Assembly: GCA_902526405.1 (NCBI GenBank)
Contig: CABZKL010000002.1
Span: 9,472 to 73,471, forward strand
Length of the DNA stretch: 64,000 bases
DNA from: an uncultured Pelagibacteraceae bacterium
Lineage (GTDB): Bacteria > Pseudomonadota > Alphaproteobacteria > Pelagibacterales > Pelagibacteraceae
Reading direction: 5' to 3'
Shown here one piece after another: positions 61,317-64,000 of the stretch (position 1 is its first letter; each line of letters opens with the position of its first letter). The translations under genes were made by a program, and so were the position numbers. The notes beneath the pieces are model-generated. The model searched no databases, was not told where the DNA came from, and saw only the letters and a program-made list of their open reading frames with translations.

Positions 61317-62219
61317 TTAATTTTGACTATCTATCCAAATCCCAGCAGCAGACTTAGTGATGTCACGAATTCTTCCAATATAACCTGCTCTTTGAGCAAC
61401 ACTTATTGCTCCCCTAGCATCTAAAATGTTAAACACGTGGCTTGCTTTTAAACATTGATCATACGCAGGTAGTGAAACCTTCTTTTCAACTAATGATTTT
61501 GCTTCTGACTCATGCATATCAAACATCTTAAATAATTGTTCAACATTGGCATGCTCGAAATTATAGGCAGAAAACTCTTTTTCAGCTTGATGAAAAACCT
61601 CTCTATATTTTACATCCTCATCATTCCACAATAAATCATAAACATTTTTTTGTTGCTGGGTAAACATACAGATTCTCTCTAAACCATAAGTAATTTCTAC
61701 TGATACTGGTTTGCATTCATAACCTGCCATCTGTTGAAAGTAAGTGAATTGAGTAATCTCCATTCCATCGCACCAAACCTCCCAACCCAAACCGGCTGCA
61801 CCTAATGTAGGACTTTCCCAGTCATCTTCTACAAATCTGATATCATGATCTTTGTGATGAATTCCAATTGTAGTAAGGCTATTTAAATATAGCTTTTTTA
61901 TATTTTCAGGAGAAGGTTTAATCAAAACTTGAAACTGATAATAATGTTGAAGTCTATTAGGATTTTCTCCATATCTACCATCGGTAGGTCTTCTTGATGG
62001 CTGAACATAAGCGACTTTCCAAGGTCGATTGCCCAACGATCTAAGAGTTGTAGCAGGATGGAACGTACCAGCACCAACTTCCATGTCATACGGCTGAAGT
62101 ATAATACACCCTTGTTTACTCCAAAATTTTTGAAGATTTAAAATAGTTTCTTGAAAAGTTTGAAATTTTAGTTTTTTTTTATTTTTATTTTTATTTTTAT
62201 TTTTATTTTTAAAAACCAT
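61317..62219 (-). CDS. glyQ: Glycine-tRNA ligase alpha subunit
   Basis: [52 protein letters not shown]; probable start ATG 62219. Confidence 0.96.
   Translation of the reverse strand: MVFKNKNKNKNKNKKKLKFQTFQETILNLQKFWSKQGCIILQPYDMEVGAGTFHPATTLRSLGNRPWKVAYVQPSRRPTDGRYGENPNRLQHYYQFQVLIKPSPENIKKLYLNSLTTIGIHHKDHDIRFVEDDWESPTLGAAGLGWEVWCDGMEITQFTYFQQMAGYECKPVSVEITYGLERICMFTQQQKNVYDLLWNDEDVKYREVFHQAEKEFSAYNFEHANVEQLFKMFDMHESEAKSLVEKKVSLPAYDQCLKASHVFNILDARGAISVAQRAGYIGRIRDITKSAAGIWIDSQN
62181..62210. repeat. Hexanucleotide microsatellite (ATTTTT)x5
   Basis: Five perfect copies; reads (AAA AAT)5 = (KN)5 in the glyQ frame. Confidence 0.85.
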
Positions 62220-63012
62220 ATCTTTGCCAGATTGACCTCTCATCTAAAATGTTTGCAAATTGATCTATTTGATTAGAGGAAGAAAGTTTTTGACTTAACC
62301 ATCCTTTGGTCTTTTCAAATTTTTTAATTATTACGTCATCTCCAAATTTTTCTTTCAAAATTTCATGAGCGTTTCCTATTCCATCTACCAATCCTAAAGT
62401 TTGTGACTTACTACCTGACCAAAATTCTCCAGAAAAAAGTTCAATGTGTGATTTTTTTAATTTCGTGCCTCTACTTTTTTCAACAACATCAATAAAATCT
62501 TTATGTAAGTCTAATTGAATATTTTTAAGCCTTTCAATATCTTCATTTTTTTCTTCAAGAAAAGGATCAAGAGTACTTTTATTTTTGCCAGCAGTATGAA
62601 CTCTTCTTTCAACACCAATTTTTTTTATTAATTCTGTAAAACCAAATGACGAATAAATAACTCCAATAGATCCTATAATAGAACTTGAGTTTGCATAAAT
62701 TTCATCCCCAGCACATGCAATAAGATAGCCTCCAGACGCGGCTACATCCTCTGCAAATACTATTACTTGTTTATTATTTTTTTTTGCTTGCTGTCTGATA
62801 AAACTATAAATTAGATGGGATTGAACAGGAGATCCACCTGGTGAATTTATAGTAATTGCAACACATTTGGCTTTTTTCAAGGAAAAAGCTTTTTTAATTA
62901 TCTCTTCTTGGCCAGCAAAATCTATCCCTTGTTTAAATTTTCCTGCATTTCCTATTACACCACTAAGCTTTAAATGAGCTACTATTTTTTTTTTTTTAAA
63001 AAAAGATAACAT
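62209..63012 (-). CDS. S49-family peptidase (SppA/SohB-like)
   Basis: [45 protein letters not shown]. Confidence 0.92.
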   Translation of the reverse strand: MLSFFKKKKIVAHLKLSGVIGNAGKFKQGIDFAGQEEIIKKAFSLKKAKCVAITINSPGGSPVQSHLIYSFIRQQAKKNNKQVIVFAEDVAASGGYLIACAGDEIYANSSSIIGSIGVIYSSFGFTELIKKIGVERRVHTAGKNKSTLDPFLEEKNEDIERLKNIQLDLHKDFIDVVEKSRGTKLKKSHIELFSGEFWSGSKSQTLGLVDGIGNAHEILKEKFGDDVIIKKFEKTKGWLSQKLSSSNQIDQFANILDERSIWQRYGF

Positions 63013-63126
63013 AAATATTTCTTATAGAATTATTGGTTGAATATAAAGACTACTTATAATTGAAGAATAAGGTGCGTCAATTGATAAGTAATAAATAAAA
63101 GTTAATTATACTAGTTTAAATTTAAT

Positions 63127-64000
63127 ATGGGATCAGTCGTACAGCTCAGAAATCAGATAAATAATTCTTATTTTCAACTAAAGGACTCTGTGGAAGATAA
63201 GCTTATTTTAACTGAGGAAAAATTAAAAATAAATTAATTAGCGATGTAGAACTAGTTCAAAAAATGACTGACTACCATATGAAAACCGGTGGTAAAAGGT
63301 TGAGAGCACTACTAACTTTAGGATCTGCGAAATTATGTGGTTATACAAAAGGTTCAAGGGATGTGAATTTAGCAGCATGTGTTGAATTAATTCACAGTGC
63401 AACTTTAATGCATGATGACGTTATAGATGAAGGTGTTGTTAGGAGAGGAAAAGAAACTTTAAATAAAGTTTGGAATAATCATTCGTCAGTTTTAGTGGGA
63501 GATTATTTACTAAGTAGATGTTTTGAGATGATGGTTGAAGATGGCAATATAGAGGTTCTGAAATTATTATCATCTACTTCATCAAAAATAGCCCAAGGAG
63601 AAGTTTTGCAGCTACAACATAAAGGTGAAGTAGATATGTTAGAAGAGACTTATCTAAAAATTATTTCTGCAAAAACTGCTGAATTGTTTGCAGCAGCTAC
63701 AAAAGTTGGTGCAATTTTATCTGATAGTAATAAAAAAGAAAAAGATGCACTTGAATTTTATGGTAGAAATCTTGGACTTACTTTCCAAATTGCTGATGAT
63801 ACACTTGATTACAACGCTGAACTTAAATTATTTGGAAAGAAAATAGGACAAGATTTTTTTGAAGGAAAAATTACACTTCCAATAATTTTACTTTATCAAA
63901 GGCTGGGGACAGGAGAAAGAAATAACTTAATTGATATGTTTAGTAGAGATACTAGAGATAAAGATGATTTAGATAAAATTATTGCTTTGATAAATAAGCA
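63127..64000 (+). CDS. ispB: Polyprenyl diphosphate synthase (IspB-like); runs off the window end; apparent frameshift at the A5 run 63218-63222
   Basis: Hand-translated: GGKRLR, ELIHSATLMHDDVID..RRG, VLVGDYL, GEVLQL, KTAELF, FQIADDTLD, GQDFFEGKITLP. N-terminus MGSVVQLRNQ.. lies in another frame and stops at 63237. Confidence 0.9.

Overview
AT-rich, tightly packed alphaproteobacterial chromosome segment. Gene content, very short intergenic spacers and a permuted two-piece tmRNA point to SAR11/Pelagibacterales (inference). Left half (1-30 kb) covers nutrient uptake and catabolism: FadN-like beta-oxidation enzyme, a PotABCD-family ABC transporter next to eutA/doeA-like genes, an LLM monooxygenase catabolic operon, two Liv-family ABC systems with proC, glaH and azlCD, and rhtB with a structured leader. 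Right half (35-64 kb) is core housekeeping: msrB, mre/mrd, leuA/ilv, miaA, degP, hflKC, mrp, thyX, ssrA, ppdK, glyQS, ispB. The best novelty candidate is at 30.2-35.0 kb: two divergent copies of a two-gene module, each a passenger-less inverse-autotransporter beta-barrel translationally coupled to a secreted Cys-rich beta protein, i.e. a possible split type Ve surface system. Also found: an unannotated 22-aa hydrophobic ORF closing a liv operon, two candidate cis-regulatory RNAs, several likely leaderless genes, and two homopolymer frameshifts that are probably sequencing errors. No CRISPR, rRNA, tRNA or mobile element was seen. All calls come from motif recognition by eye; no searches were run.
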